NCBI GenBank assembly: GCA_049695995.1 | Contig: JBAVTF010000137.1 | Coordinates: 107-64,106 of the forward strand | Reading direction: 5' to 3' | DNA from: Pirellulales bacterium | GTDB taxonomy: Bacteria; Planctomycetota; Planctomycetia; Pirellulales; UBA1268 | DNA length: 64,000 bases | Shown here: positions 17,550-27,212 of the stretch, piece after piece | How the letters are laid out: every line of letters starts with the position of its first letter | How positions within the stretch are numbered: the first letter of the stretch is position 1 | Translations under genes and position numbers: made by a program | Notes under the pieces: generated by a model | What the model was told of the DNA's origin: nothing | Databases searched by the model: none | Seen by the model: the letters and a program-made list of their open reading frames with translations, nothing else

Positions 17550-18557
17550 ATGACCGGATCAGCCTTCCCTCCCGGATCAGCCGGATCAGCCAGATCAACC
17601 GCGCCCGCGGCCTCGTGGGCCGCGCTGCCAGCCCGCTCGGCCCTCCTTATCGAGGGGGCCGATGCCGTGCGGTTCGTCAACAATTTCACGACGGCCAGCT
17701 TGGCCACGCTCGCCCTCGGCGGCGGCACCGAGGGTTTTTTCGCCGATGGCCGCGGCCAGGTCATCGCCGTCGCCACGCTCCTGCGGACGCCTGGCGGCAT
17801 CTGGATCGACGCGGCGCCGGGGCTCGCCGGCCGACTGCACGAGCACCTTGAGCACTACCACATCCGCGAGGCCGTGTCGTTCCACGACGCGTCGGCCGAA
17901 CGAGCCGCGTTCCTGGTGCACGGCCGCGATGCGGCGGCGTGGCTCAGTAATCAGGCCGGTGTCGCGCTGCCACTCGATGCCATGACGCACTGCTCCGCGG
18001 ATCTCGGTGGCATGCCCGTGACGATCGTCGCGACCGAATGGCATGGGCCGGGCGGGCGTCTCGTGATCACGTCGGCGGCCGACGCCGGCCGCATGGCCGC
18101 TTGGCTGACGGCGACGGGTCTGCCGCAACTTTCGTCGGCGGATGTCGACGCGGCCCGCATCGACGCCGGCAGCCCCGAGCCGCACGATGTTCCCGCAAAG
18201 ACGTTGCCGCAGGAACTAGGCCGCGATGCCCGCGCGATCTGCTTCACCAAGGGCTGCTACCTGGGCCAGGAGACCGTGGCGCGGCTCGATGCGCTCGGCC
18301 ACGTGAATCGCCGGCTCGTTGGCATCGCCACAGGCAGTTCCGTGCCCCCAGCAGTGAACGCCGAAGTCATGCTCGACGGCACCGTCGTCGGCACGATCAC
18401 GTCGGCCTGCCTGTCGCCGACGCTCGGAGAAGGACTCGGACTCGCGATCGTGCACGTGCGGGCGCTGGCGGCCGGTGCCGCGCCGACCGTGGCCGGCGCA
18501 CCGGTGCGGATCGTGCCGCTGCCCGTGTGCCGCGGCACCATGGAGCCACAGTCATGA
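17550..18557 (+). CDS. ygfZ: YgfZ/GcvT-family folate-binding protein
   Basis: The signature CFTKGCYLGQETVARL (KGCYxGQE) plus an aminomethyltransferase-like N-domain (GADAVRFVNNFTT). The 5' end contains GGATCAGCC repeats coding GSA. Confidence 0.8.
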   Translation: MTGSAFPPGSAGSARSTAPAASWAALPARSALLIEGADAVRFVNNFTTASLATLALGGGTEGFFADGRGQVIAVATLLRTPGGIWIDAAPGLAGRLHEHLEHYHIREAVSFHDASAERAAFLVHGRDAAAWLSNQAGVALPLDAMTHCSADLGGMPVTIVATEWHGPGGRLVITSAADAGRMAAWLTATGLPQLSSADVDAARIDAGSPEPHDVPAKTLPQELGRDARAICFTKGCYLGQETVARLDALGHVNRRLVGIATGSSVPPAVNAEVMLDGTVVGTITSACLSPTLGEGLGLAIVHVRALAAGAAPTVAGAPVRIVPLPVCRGTMEPQS

Positions 18558-19126
18558 CCGCGAGCGCCCCCGGCCCGCTTCCCCACGATCTCGCCCACGG
18601 CGAACTGCTCCTGACGGCGCGGCGGTTCCGCGTGGTGCGGGTGCAGGAGCCGTGCGCCGACGGCTCGCTCCGCGACCGCGACGTCGTGGTACACCCGGGC
18701 AGCGTGGTCATCGTGCCGCTCGTCTCGCCTGACGCCGTGTGTCTCATCGAGGTGGAGCGGGTGGCCGTGGGCCGCACGCTGATCGAGTTGCCCGCCGGCA
18801 CGCTGGATCGTGACGAGCCGCTGGCGGCAGCCGCAGCCCGCGAACTGGCCGAGGAGACGGGCTATCGCGCCGGCCGCATCGAGGCGGCGGGTGAGTTCTG
18901 GATGTCGCCGGGCATCCTTCGAGAGCGAATGCATCTGTTCGTGGCCCACGACCTCGTCGCGGGGCCGCAGGCGCTCGAGCCGGGCGAGCGGATCCGTCCG
19001 CGGGTGGTGGCCTGGGACGAGGCGTTGGCCATGTGCCGCGACGGCCGCATCGAGGATGCCAAGACGATCGCGGGGCTTCTCGTCACCGACGCTCGGCGTC
19101 GGGCGGCGCCGCCTGGCGGTCGATGA
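18554..19126 (+). CDS. NUDIX hydrolase (ADP-ribose pyrophosphatase-like)
   Basis: ATG 18554 overlaps the ygfZ stop (ATGA). Nudix box LPAGTLDRDEPLAAAAARELAEETGY. Starts MTASAPGPL. Confidence 0.8.
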   Translation: MTASAPGPLPHDLAHGELLLTARRFRVVRVQEPCADGSLRDRDVVVHPGSVVIVPLVSPDAVCLIEVERVAVGRTLIELPAGTLDRDEPLAAAAARELAEETGYRAGRIEAAGEFWMSPGILRERMHLFVAHDLVAGPQALEPGERIRPRVVAWDEALAMCRDGRIEDAKTIAGLLVTDARRRAAPPGGR

Positions 19127-20078
19127 GAAACAGAACGCCCCCGATCAGACCGGTGACGACCTGGCTGGCGAGCCACAACAGTCCGACTGCCACGGCCGAC
19201 TCCGCAGCCACGCCGTGGGGCGCCAGCAGCACGACGAGCGCGTTCTCCCGCACACCTACTCCATTGATGCTGATCGGCAGGACGACGGCGAGCGCGACGA
19301 GCGGCGCCACCGCGAACCAGATCGCGAGCGGCTGCACTACGCCGAGCGAGCGGGCGATCAGGCCGACGGCCACCGCGCCCCCCATTTGCACGATGAAGCT
19401 CCAGCCTACCGCTTGGGCCATCAGGCTCGGCCGCTGCTGGTAGGGCAGCAGGCGAGCGATGAACTCGCGGGCCGGGTGCGGTGAGGGAATGAGCGCGAGC
19501 AGGCGGTCGATCGAAGCGACGCCGAGCATGAACACGGCAAGCGTCACGGCGAGGAGGCCGGCCCCGACGGCGAGCGTGGTAGGCAGCGAGAGCGCGTACT
19601 CAGTGCCCGCCAGTGCGGCGCCGGCAAGCACCCCGAGCGCGGCCAGGCCAGTGAGCCGGTCGGCGAGCACGGAGCAGCCGGCGAGGAGTCGCCGCTGCGT
19701 CGTGTCGCCCACGCGGTAGGCCTTGATCACGTCGCCACCGATCGAGCTGGGCAGGCAGAGGCTGAAGAAGGAGCCCTCGAGAAACCGCCATACGAAGAAC
19801 CGGCGGGAGAAGGGAAAGCCGAGCGGCCGGGCGAGCGCGGCCCAGCGAACGCCGGCGGCGATCTGCACCGCCAGGCCCGTGGCGAGGCCTGCGATCCACC
19901 ACCGCCAGTCGGCGTTGGCGACGAGCGTTGCGAACTTCCCCCACTTGATTCCCCGGAGCACGTAGGCCATCAAGAGGACGGTCGCCACCAGCCGCAGCAC
20001 CAGGCCCGGCCAGCCGGAGAGCAGTCGCCGCCGGGCTGGCGGGGTGTCGGTCGGCTCGAGTGGGGACGATGTTTCCAT
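19083..20078 (-). CDS. UPF0104 / LPG-synthase-TM-like flippase-like membrane protein
   Basis: 331 aa, about 8 TM. Motif SFFSLCLPSSIGGDVIKAYRVG, typical of the TIGR00374-like family. The 3' end overlaps the convergent NUDIX gene by 44 nt. Confidence 0.75.
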   Translation of the reverse strand: METSSPLEPTDTPPARRRLLSGWPGLVLRLVATVLLMAYVLRGIKWGKFATLVANADWRWWIAGLATGLAVQIAAGVRWAALARPLGFPFSRRFFVWRFLEGSFFSLCLPSSIGGDVIKAYRVGDTTQRRLLAGCSVLADRLTGLAALGVLAGAALAGTEYALSLPTTLAVGAGLLAVTLAVFMLGVASIDRLLALIPSPHPAREFIARLLPYQQRPSLMAQAVGWSFIVQMGGAVAVGLIARSLGVVQPLAIWFAVAPLVALAVVLPISINGVGVRENALVVLLAPHGVAAESAVAVGLLWLASQVVTGLIGGVLFLIDRQAAPPDAERR

Positions 20079-20192
20079 GCCGGCCGTGCATGCGGATGCG
20101 GGACTGCGTCGGTCGAGTACCCTACCCGATAGGCACCCTCCAGACCCAGGCGCGTTTCAGTCGCGTCTTTTCTCCTTTCGGGGATTCCGCAG

Positions 20193-20768
20193 ATGTGGCT
20201 CGCAGCCGTGTGGCTCTCAGGCAGCGGCTGCTCGATGCGCTGGGAGGACGGCGGCCTGGTCGTCGCGGCCTTTGTCGCGGGCGCCATCGTGGGCAGCTTC
20301 CTGAACGTCGTGGCCTACCGGGTGCCGGCGGGCCGGTCGGTCGTGTCCGGACGGTCGGCATGCCCTGCCTGCGGCCGACCCGTGCGGGCTCGGGACAATG
20401 TTCCAGTGCTCGGCTGGCTCCTGCTCCGCGGCCGCTGCCGCGATTGCGGCACGGCTATCTCCGCCACCTACGCGGTCGTGGAGGCCGGATGTGGCCTCGC
20501 GCTGGCGGCGCTTGCCACGGCCGAGGTGATCGCCTGGCAGGCCGCCGGTTCGTCGATCCCGCTGATCGACCGGGCCATCGTGCTCGGCGACTACCGCTGG
20601 CTGCTCGGCTGGGCCGCCGCTGCGACCGCGACCCTCACGATCGTCGCCTGGGGGCTCTTGGCTCGGGCCGGGCATGTCGTGCCCCGGCTGACTGCACTGG
20701 TGGCAACGGCCCTGGTCGCCGCACTGCTGGCGGTCGCGGGGTGGTTTTGGCCGCTGTGGGGTGGGTGA
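20193..20768 (+). CDS. prepilin-peptidase N-terminal-domain protein (A24 N-terminal domain only)
   Basis: GAIVGSFLNVVAYRVP followed by CPACG...(18 aa)...CRDCG, the four-Cys motif of PilD-type N-domains. Only 191 aa, and I cannot find the paired GxGD-type catalytic Asp motifs in the remaining roughly 90 aa. Confidence 0.6.
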   Translation: MWLAAVWLSGSGCSMRWEDGGLVVAAFVAGAIVGSFLNVVAYRVPAGRSVVSGRSACPACGRPVRARDNVPVLGWLLLRGRCRDCGTAISATYAVVEAGCGLALAALATAEVIAWQAAGSSIPLIDRAIVLGDYRWLLGWAAAATATLTIVAWGLLARAGHVVPRLTALVATALVAALLAVAGWFWPLWGG

Positions 20769-20885
20769 CTCGGCCGCGGAAACCGGGGGCGGGAAAACGC
20801 CCCTCGGCGTGGTGTAGAATCAGTCTGCGGCAGAGAAGGCGATCTGCGCGGTCGCCTCTTTGCGATTCCAGGGCACCGACCCGTC

Positions 20886-21995
20886 GTGAGCACACCAGCC
20901 TCCATTCTCCCGTCCGGCCACCGTCCAGAGCCACGGTCTGCGACCCCGCAGCCCGCCGCCCGGGTCGCGCCGCTCGATGAGTCACTCGTTGAAGGCGTTC
21001 GTCGCCGGCTCGGCGAGTGGGCCATGGACATGCGGGATGCCGACCAGCGCACGCCCTGGGTCGTGATCGCCCTGCTCACGGGATTGCTCGTCTACAGCTA
21101 TTGGCCCGGCCTCCTGAACGCCCGCTCGAGCTGGGACAATCCGCAGTATTCCCACGGGTGGATCGTGCCGCTCTGCACGGCAGCACTGCTCTTCTGGTGG
21201 CGGCAGCCGATCGGCACCGTCACGTCGTCGGCGCGGGCGGCCGGCCTCGGCCTGCTCGTGGCGAGCTTCGTTCTACGGCTGGTCTGCGCCCGCTACAGCA
21301 TTGTCACGATCGATATGTACACGCTCGTCCCGGCACTGGCGGGCGTGTTCTTGATGGCCGGCGGCTGGGGCGTGTTCAAGTGGGCCTGGGCCCCGATCGC
21401 CACCCTGATCTTCATGTACCCGTTACCGGACGAGGCCACCCGCTACCTGCTGGGCCCACTGCAGACGCTGGCCACGATGATGAGCACCTATGCCCTGCAG
21501 ACGATTGGGCTCGACGCATACCGCGAAGGCAACAAGATCGTGCTCGGCGATTCCCAGGTGCTCGGCGTTGTCGACGCCTGCAGTGGCCTGCGTATGCTCA
21601 CGATCTTCGTCTGGCTCGCGCTCATGATCGTGCTCATCGGTGGGGGCGAGTGGTGGGAAAACCTCGTCATCGCCGCGAGTGCCATCCCGATCGCGCTGAT
21701 CGTCAACGCCACCCGGATCACCGTGACGGGCGTGATGTACACCGTGAATCCCGAATGGGCAGAGAAGATTTTCCACGACTGGGCTGGCTATTTCATGATG
21801 CCGATGGCCCTCGGCCTGCTGTTCCTCCTGCAGTCCATCCTCAAATTCATGGTGGTCACGGAAGAGTTCGCGCCGGCGACTGTCGTCGGCGGTGGTCGAC
21901 CCACGGCCGCCGCAACCGGCACTGCACGCCCGGCTCGAGCCGGAGGCATAGTGCCCATCGCGGTACGACCCGACTCGTCGGGAAAGTCTGGGTAA
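20886..21995 (+). CDS. exosortase (EpsH/Xrt family)
   Basis: NPQYSHGWIVP near the first TM, the catalytic-region motif VVDACSGLRMLT, and the later IVNATRITVTG (conserved Asn/Arg). Multi-TM. GTG start 20886; internal ATG alternatives exist about 45 codons downstream. Confidence 0.8.
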   Translation: MSTPASILPSGHRPEPRSATPQPAARVAPLDESLVEGVRRRLGEWAMDMRDADQRTPWVVIALLTGLLVYSYWPGLLNARSSWDNPQYSHGWIVPLCTAALLFWWRQPIGTVTSSARAAGLGLLVASFVLRLVCARYSIVTIDMYTLVPALAGVFLMAGGWGVFKWAWAPIATLIFMYPLPDEATRYLLGPLQTLATMMSTYALQTIGLDAYREGNKIVLGDSQVLGVVDACSGLRMLTIFVWLALMIVLIGGGEWWENLVIAASAIPIALIVNATRITVTGVMYTVNPEWAEKIFHDWAGYFMMPMALGLLFLLQSILKFMVVTEEFAPATVVGGGRPTAAATGTARPARAGGIVPIAVRPDSSGKSG

Positions 21996-22055
21996 CGGGC
22001 AACGCAAGGACATCGACGCGTCGCTCCGGCCCCACGCCGGATCGCCACGGCTGAC

Positions 22056-24290
22056 ATGAGCGAGACACACGACACCGCAGCAGGCACCACGACCCAGACG
22101 GCCGCGCCGTCGGCGGGCATGCTGTCGACGATCACCGACAGCTCGCTCTCGCTGCCGACGCAATACGCGCCCCCCGCACCCTACGGCCCCGGCGGTGATC
22201 AGCTCGGCGGCGGCCTCGACTTCGTGCGGGTGTGGCACGCCATCCGGCGGCGCTGGCTGTCCGCCACCGCACTGGGGCTGGCGCTGGGGCTGACCGCCGC
22301 GGCGGCGGCCTGGCTCTTTCTGCCACGCGGGTATGAAGCCGTGGCCTGGCTGCGCGTGAGGGCCAATCCGGGCACGTTCACCGGGGCTGGTATGGGCGAC
22401 TATGACCAATATCGCCAGACGCAGCTGCAGCTGATCAAAAGTCCTTTCGTGCTCACCTCGGCCCTGCGGCGGCCCGGCATCTCCGAGCTATCCACGTTCG
22501 CCGAAGAAACAGATCCGGTCGATTGGCTTTCCCGCAACCTGCAGGCCGTCGCCCCGAGCGCGGCGGAAGTGGTGCAGATCAAGCTCCGCGGCTCGAACCC
22601 GCGCGACGTCACGCAGATCGTCAATGCCGTGACGCAGGCCTACCTCACCGACGTAGTCACGAAGGAGCGGTCGGAGCGGCTCACGCGCCGCGACATGCTC
22701 GAGAAGAAATACAAGGAGAACATGGCCGAGGTGCGGACGCGGATGGAGCAGTTCAACAACCTCGCCAAGCAGCTCGGCAGCCGCGACAGCTCGGAGGCCT
22801 CGACGCAGCGCAGCCTGCTCCTCGACCATCTCGGTACGCTTCGCGCCGAGCTCAATCAGCTGCAACGGGATGTCCAGGCGATCGACACCGAGCTGGCCCT
22901 GATCGACGCCCAAGCCCGGGGCGAGGTGCCCGGCGAGGCGGCTCTTCCAGACGACTCGATCGACGGGCTGCTCATGCGGCACCCCCAGATCGCTGAACTG
23001 ACGACCCGGCTGACTGGTATCGAGGAGATGATCACGGCTCAGGCGGGACGAAGCGCCCGCGGACCGAACGATCCTGCCGTGCGGCGGCTGCAGGCCCAGC
23101 GGGAAGACCTGTTGCGGCGAATCGAGAGCCGGGCCGAGACACTGCGGCCGCAGCTGGCCGCCGAGGCCGCCGCTGAGGCGTCGGGCCGCCGAGGTGGGCC
23201 GGCCGCCGGCTCCCCCGTGATGCTGCGACTCCGGCGCGACATGCTCGCCAAGCGGCTCGAAGACAAGTCGAAGGAATTCGACGAAGTGGCCAAAGAGGTG
23301 ATGGCGATGGGCAACGCCAACGCCGACCTCGAGGCGCGGCGCAACGAGATCGCCCAGCTCCAGCAGGTGACCAACCAGATGGGTCTGCAGCTCAACGCCT
23401 CCGAAGTCGACATCGCGATGCCGAACCGAGTGGAACTGCTCGAAGAGGCCCGCGTGCCGGGCGACGGCGACGAGATCTTCCGCGTGATGCTCACCGGGCT
23501 CGCTGCGCTCGCCGGCTTCGGCGCCGGTGCCGGCCTCGTGATCCTGCTGGAGTATCTCCGTGACCGGATCTCGGCGGCGGATCAGGTATCGGAACGCGTG
23601 GGCCTGCGGGTCATTGGCACGGTGCCCCGCGTGTCGCGGTCGCGGAAGAAGCCCAATACCGCCCACGTCGCCGAGTGCGTCGACGGCGTACGGGCGGTGA
23701 TCGCCCAGACGGGCCGCGAGGCGCCGAAGGTGATCGTGGTGACCAGCGCCATGGAGCACGAAGGCAAGACGACCTTTGCCGCCCAACTCGCCGCGAGCCT
23801 CGCCCGGGCCGGCAGCCGCACGCTGCTCCTCGACGGCGATCTGCGGCATCCCAACGTGCACATGGCGCTCGAGCTGGATCTGCGGAGCGGCATGCCCGAG
23901 CTGCTACGGGGCGAGATCACGAACGACGAGGCCGTGCAGCCGACCGGCATCGAGGGGCTGTTTGCCGTCACGGGCGGAGCCTGCGACTATGCCTCCATCA
24001 CGGCCCTGTCGCGGCCCGAGACGGCCAAGGTCATCAAACGGTTCCGGGAGTCGTTCGACCACGTCGTGATCGATGCCGGGCCGGTGCTCGCCTTCGCCGA
24101 CGTGCTGCTGCTCGGCCAGCTCAGCGATGCGGCCATCGTGGTGACGATGCGGGACGTCAGCCGCGTGCCGCTGGTCACGAAGGCCGTGCAACGGCTGCGA
24201 TCGGTGGGCATCAAGGTGCTTGGCACCGTCGTCAACGGCGTGAGCGACGACAGCCCGCGGCATCTCTATGCATCGCCGGTGCCCAGTTGA
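22056..24290 (+). CDS. polysaccharide chain-length determinant fused to BY-type tyrosine autokinase (GumC/EpsG-like)
   Basis: 744 aa. N-terminal Wzz-like region with a TM helix, a long coiled-coil, a second TM, and a C-terminal P-loop domain (VVTSAMEHEGKTTFAAQLA, LLLDGDLRHPN, VVIDAGPV). Confidence 0.85.
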   Translation: MSETHDTAAGTTTQTAAPSAGMLSTITDSSLSLPTQYAPPAPYGPGGDQLGGGLDFVRVWHAIRRRWLSATALGLALGLTAAAAAWLFLPRGYEAVAWLRVRANPGTFTGAGMGDYDQYRQTQLQLIKSPFVLTSALRRPGISELSTFAEETDPVDWLSRNLQAVAPSAAEVVQIKLRGSNPRDVTQIVNAVTQAYLTDVVTKERSERLTRRDMLEKKYKENMAEVRTRMEQFNNLAKQLGSRDSSEASTQRSLLLDHLGTLRAELNQLQRDVQAIDTELALIDAQARGEVPGEAALPDDSIDGLLMRHPQIAELTTRLTGIEEMITAQAGRSARGPNDPAVRRLQAQREDLLRRIESRAETLRPQLAAEAAAEASGRRGGPAAGSPVMLRLRRDMLAKRLEDKSKEFDEVAKEVMAMGNANADLEARRNEIAQLQQVTNQMGLQLNASEVDIAMPNRVELLEEARVPGDGDEIFRVMLTGLAALAGFGAGAGLVILLEYLRDRISAADQVSERVGLRVIGTVPRVSRSRKKPNTAHVAECVDGVRAVIAQTGREAPKVIVVTSAMEHEGKTTFAAQLAASLARAGSRTLLLDGDLRHPNVHMALELDLRSGMPELLRGEITNDEAVQPTGIEGLFAVTGGACDYASITALSRPETAKVIKRFRESFDHVVIDAGPVLAFADVLLLGQLSDAAIVVTMRDVSRVPLVTKAVQRLRSVGIKVLGTVVNGVSDDSPRHLYASPVPS

Positions 24291-24336
24291 GCTGCCTCCG
24301 GGCGGTGTGGCGTGATACTGCGGAGAGGATCAATCC

Positions 24337-26165
<1,829 letters not shown>

Positions 26166-26174
26166 GCCCGCCGC

Positions 26175-27128
26175 ATGCTCGACCTCACCCAGCAGCGGAT
26201 CGTGGTGACGGGCGGCGCCGGCTTCCTCGGCCAGGCGGTCTGCCGCACGCTCCGTGAGCGGGGCGTGTCACCCGATCGGATCATCGTGCCGCGGCGCCGC
26301 GACTTCGACCTCACGGTCGAGGCCGACGTGGCCCGCCTCTACGAGGAGGCCCGTCCCGACGTCGTGATCCATCTTGCCGCCGAGGTGGGAGGCATCGGGG
26401 CCAACATGGCCCATCCAGGCCGGTTTTTCTTCGCCAACATGGCGATGGGGCTGCACCTCGTCGAGCATGCCCGCCGCAGTGGCCTCAGAAAGTTCGTGCA
26501 CACCGGCACAGTGTGCGCCTACCCGAAGCACTGCCCCGTGCCCTTTCGCGAAGACGATCTCTGGAACGGCTACCCGGAGGAGACCAACGCCCCCTACGGT
26601 GTCGCCAAGAAGGCGATCTTCGTGATGCTCGACGGCTACCGCCGTCAGTATGGCCTGGCGAGCGCCGTCGCCCTGCCGGTGAACCTCTACGGCCCCGGCG
26701 ACAACTTCGACCCCGCGTCGAGCCATGTCATCCCGGCGCTCATCCGCAAGTGCGAGGAGGCCCGGCTGGCGGGGGCCAACGAGGTGGTCTGCTGGGGCAC
26801 GGGCTCGGCCACCCGTGAGTTCCTCTACGTCGACGACGCCGCTGAGGGGATCGTGCGGGCGGCGGAGGTGATGGAGGAGCCGGTGCCGATCAACCTCGGC
26901 GGCGGTGCCGAGATCGCGATCCGTAACCTCGTCGTGAAGATCGCCGCCGCCTGCGGCTTCACAGGCCGCATCGTGTGGGATGCGTCGAAACCCGACGGCC
27001 AGCCCCGCCGCGGCCTCGACATCTCGCGGGCCCGTTCGCTGCTCGGCTGGGAGCCACGGCAGACCTTCGACGCAGGCCTCGCCGCGACCGTCGCCTGGTG
27101 GCGGGCCCACGCCTCATCGGCGCGTTGA
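26175..27128 (+). CDS. fcl: GDP-L-fucose synthase
   Basis: VVTGGAGFLGQA, YPEETNAPYGVAKKA and NLYGPGDNFD. SDR epimerase/reductase immediately after gmd. Confidence 0.9.
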   Translation: MLDLTQQRIVVTGGAGFLGQAVCRTLRERGVSPDRIIVPRRRDFDLTVEADVARLYEEARPDVVIHLAAEVGGIGANMAHPGRFFFANMAMGLHLVEHARRSGLRKFVHTGTVCAYPKHCPVPFREDDLWNGYPEETNAPYGVAKKAIFVMLDGYRRQYGLASAVALPVNLYGPGDNFDPASSHVIPALIRKCEEARLAGANEVVCWGTGSATREFLYVDDAAEGIVRAAEVMEEPVPINLGGGAEIAIRNLVVKIAAACGFTGRIVWDASKPDGQPRRGLDISRARSLLGWEPRQTFDAGLAATVAWWRAHASSAR

Positions 27129-27130
27129 TG

Positions 27131-27175
27131 CAAGCCCATACAAGCCCTGAGCGCCAGCGAGGGGATCCTGCGGCA
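27131..27175 (+). repeat. short intergenic repeat, family 3, copy 1
   Basis: The core ACAAGCCCTGAGCGCCAGCGAGGGGATCCTGCGGC matches the reverse complement of 32497-32533 (ACATAAGCCCAGAGCGCCAGCGAGGGGATCTCGCGGC). Located between the convergent fcl and uvrD genes. Confidence 0.65.
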
Positions 27176-27212
27176 GGTTGGCCATGCCTCAGTGCTTTTT
27201 GGCTCGCACGGT

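Noticed and set aside
17553-17600. GGATCAGCC short tandem repeat
   Set aside because: It lies within the 5' end of ygfZ and is in frame, coding GSA repeats. It is most simply a small coding microsatellite, and the start-codon position is uncertain anyway.
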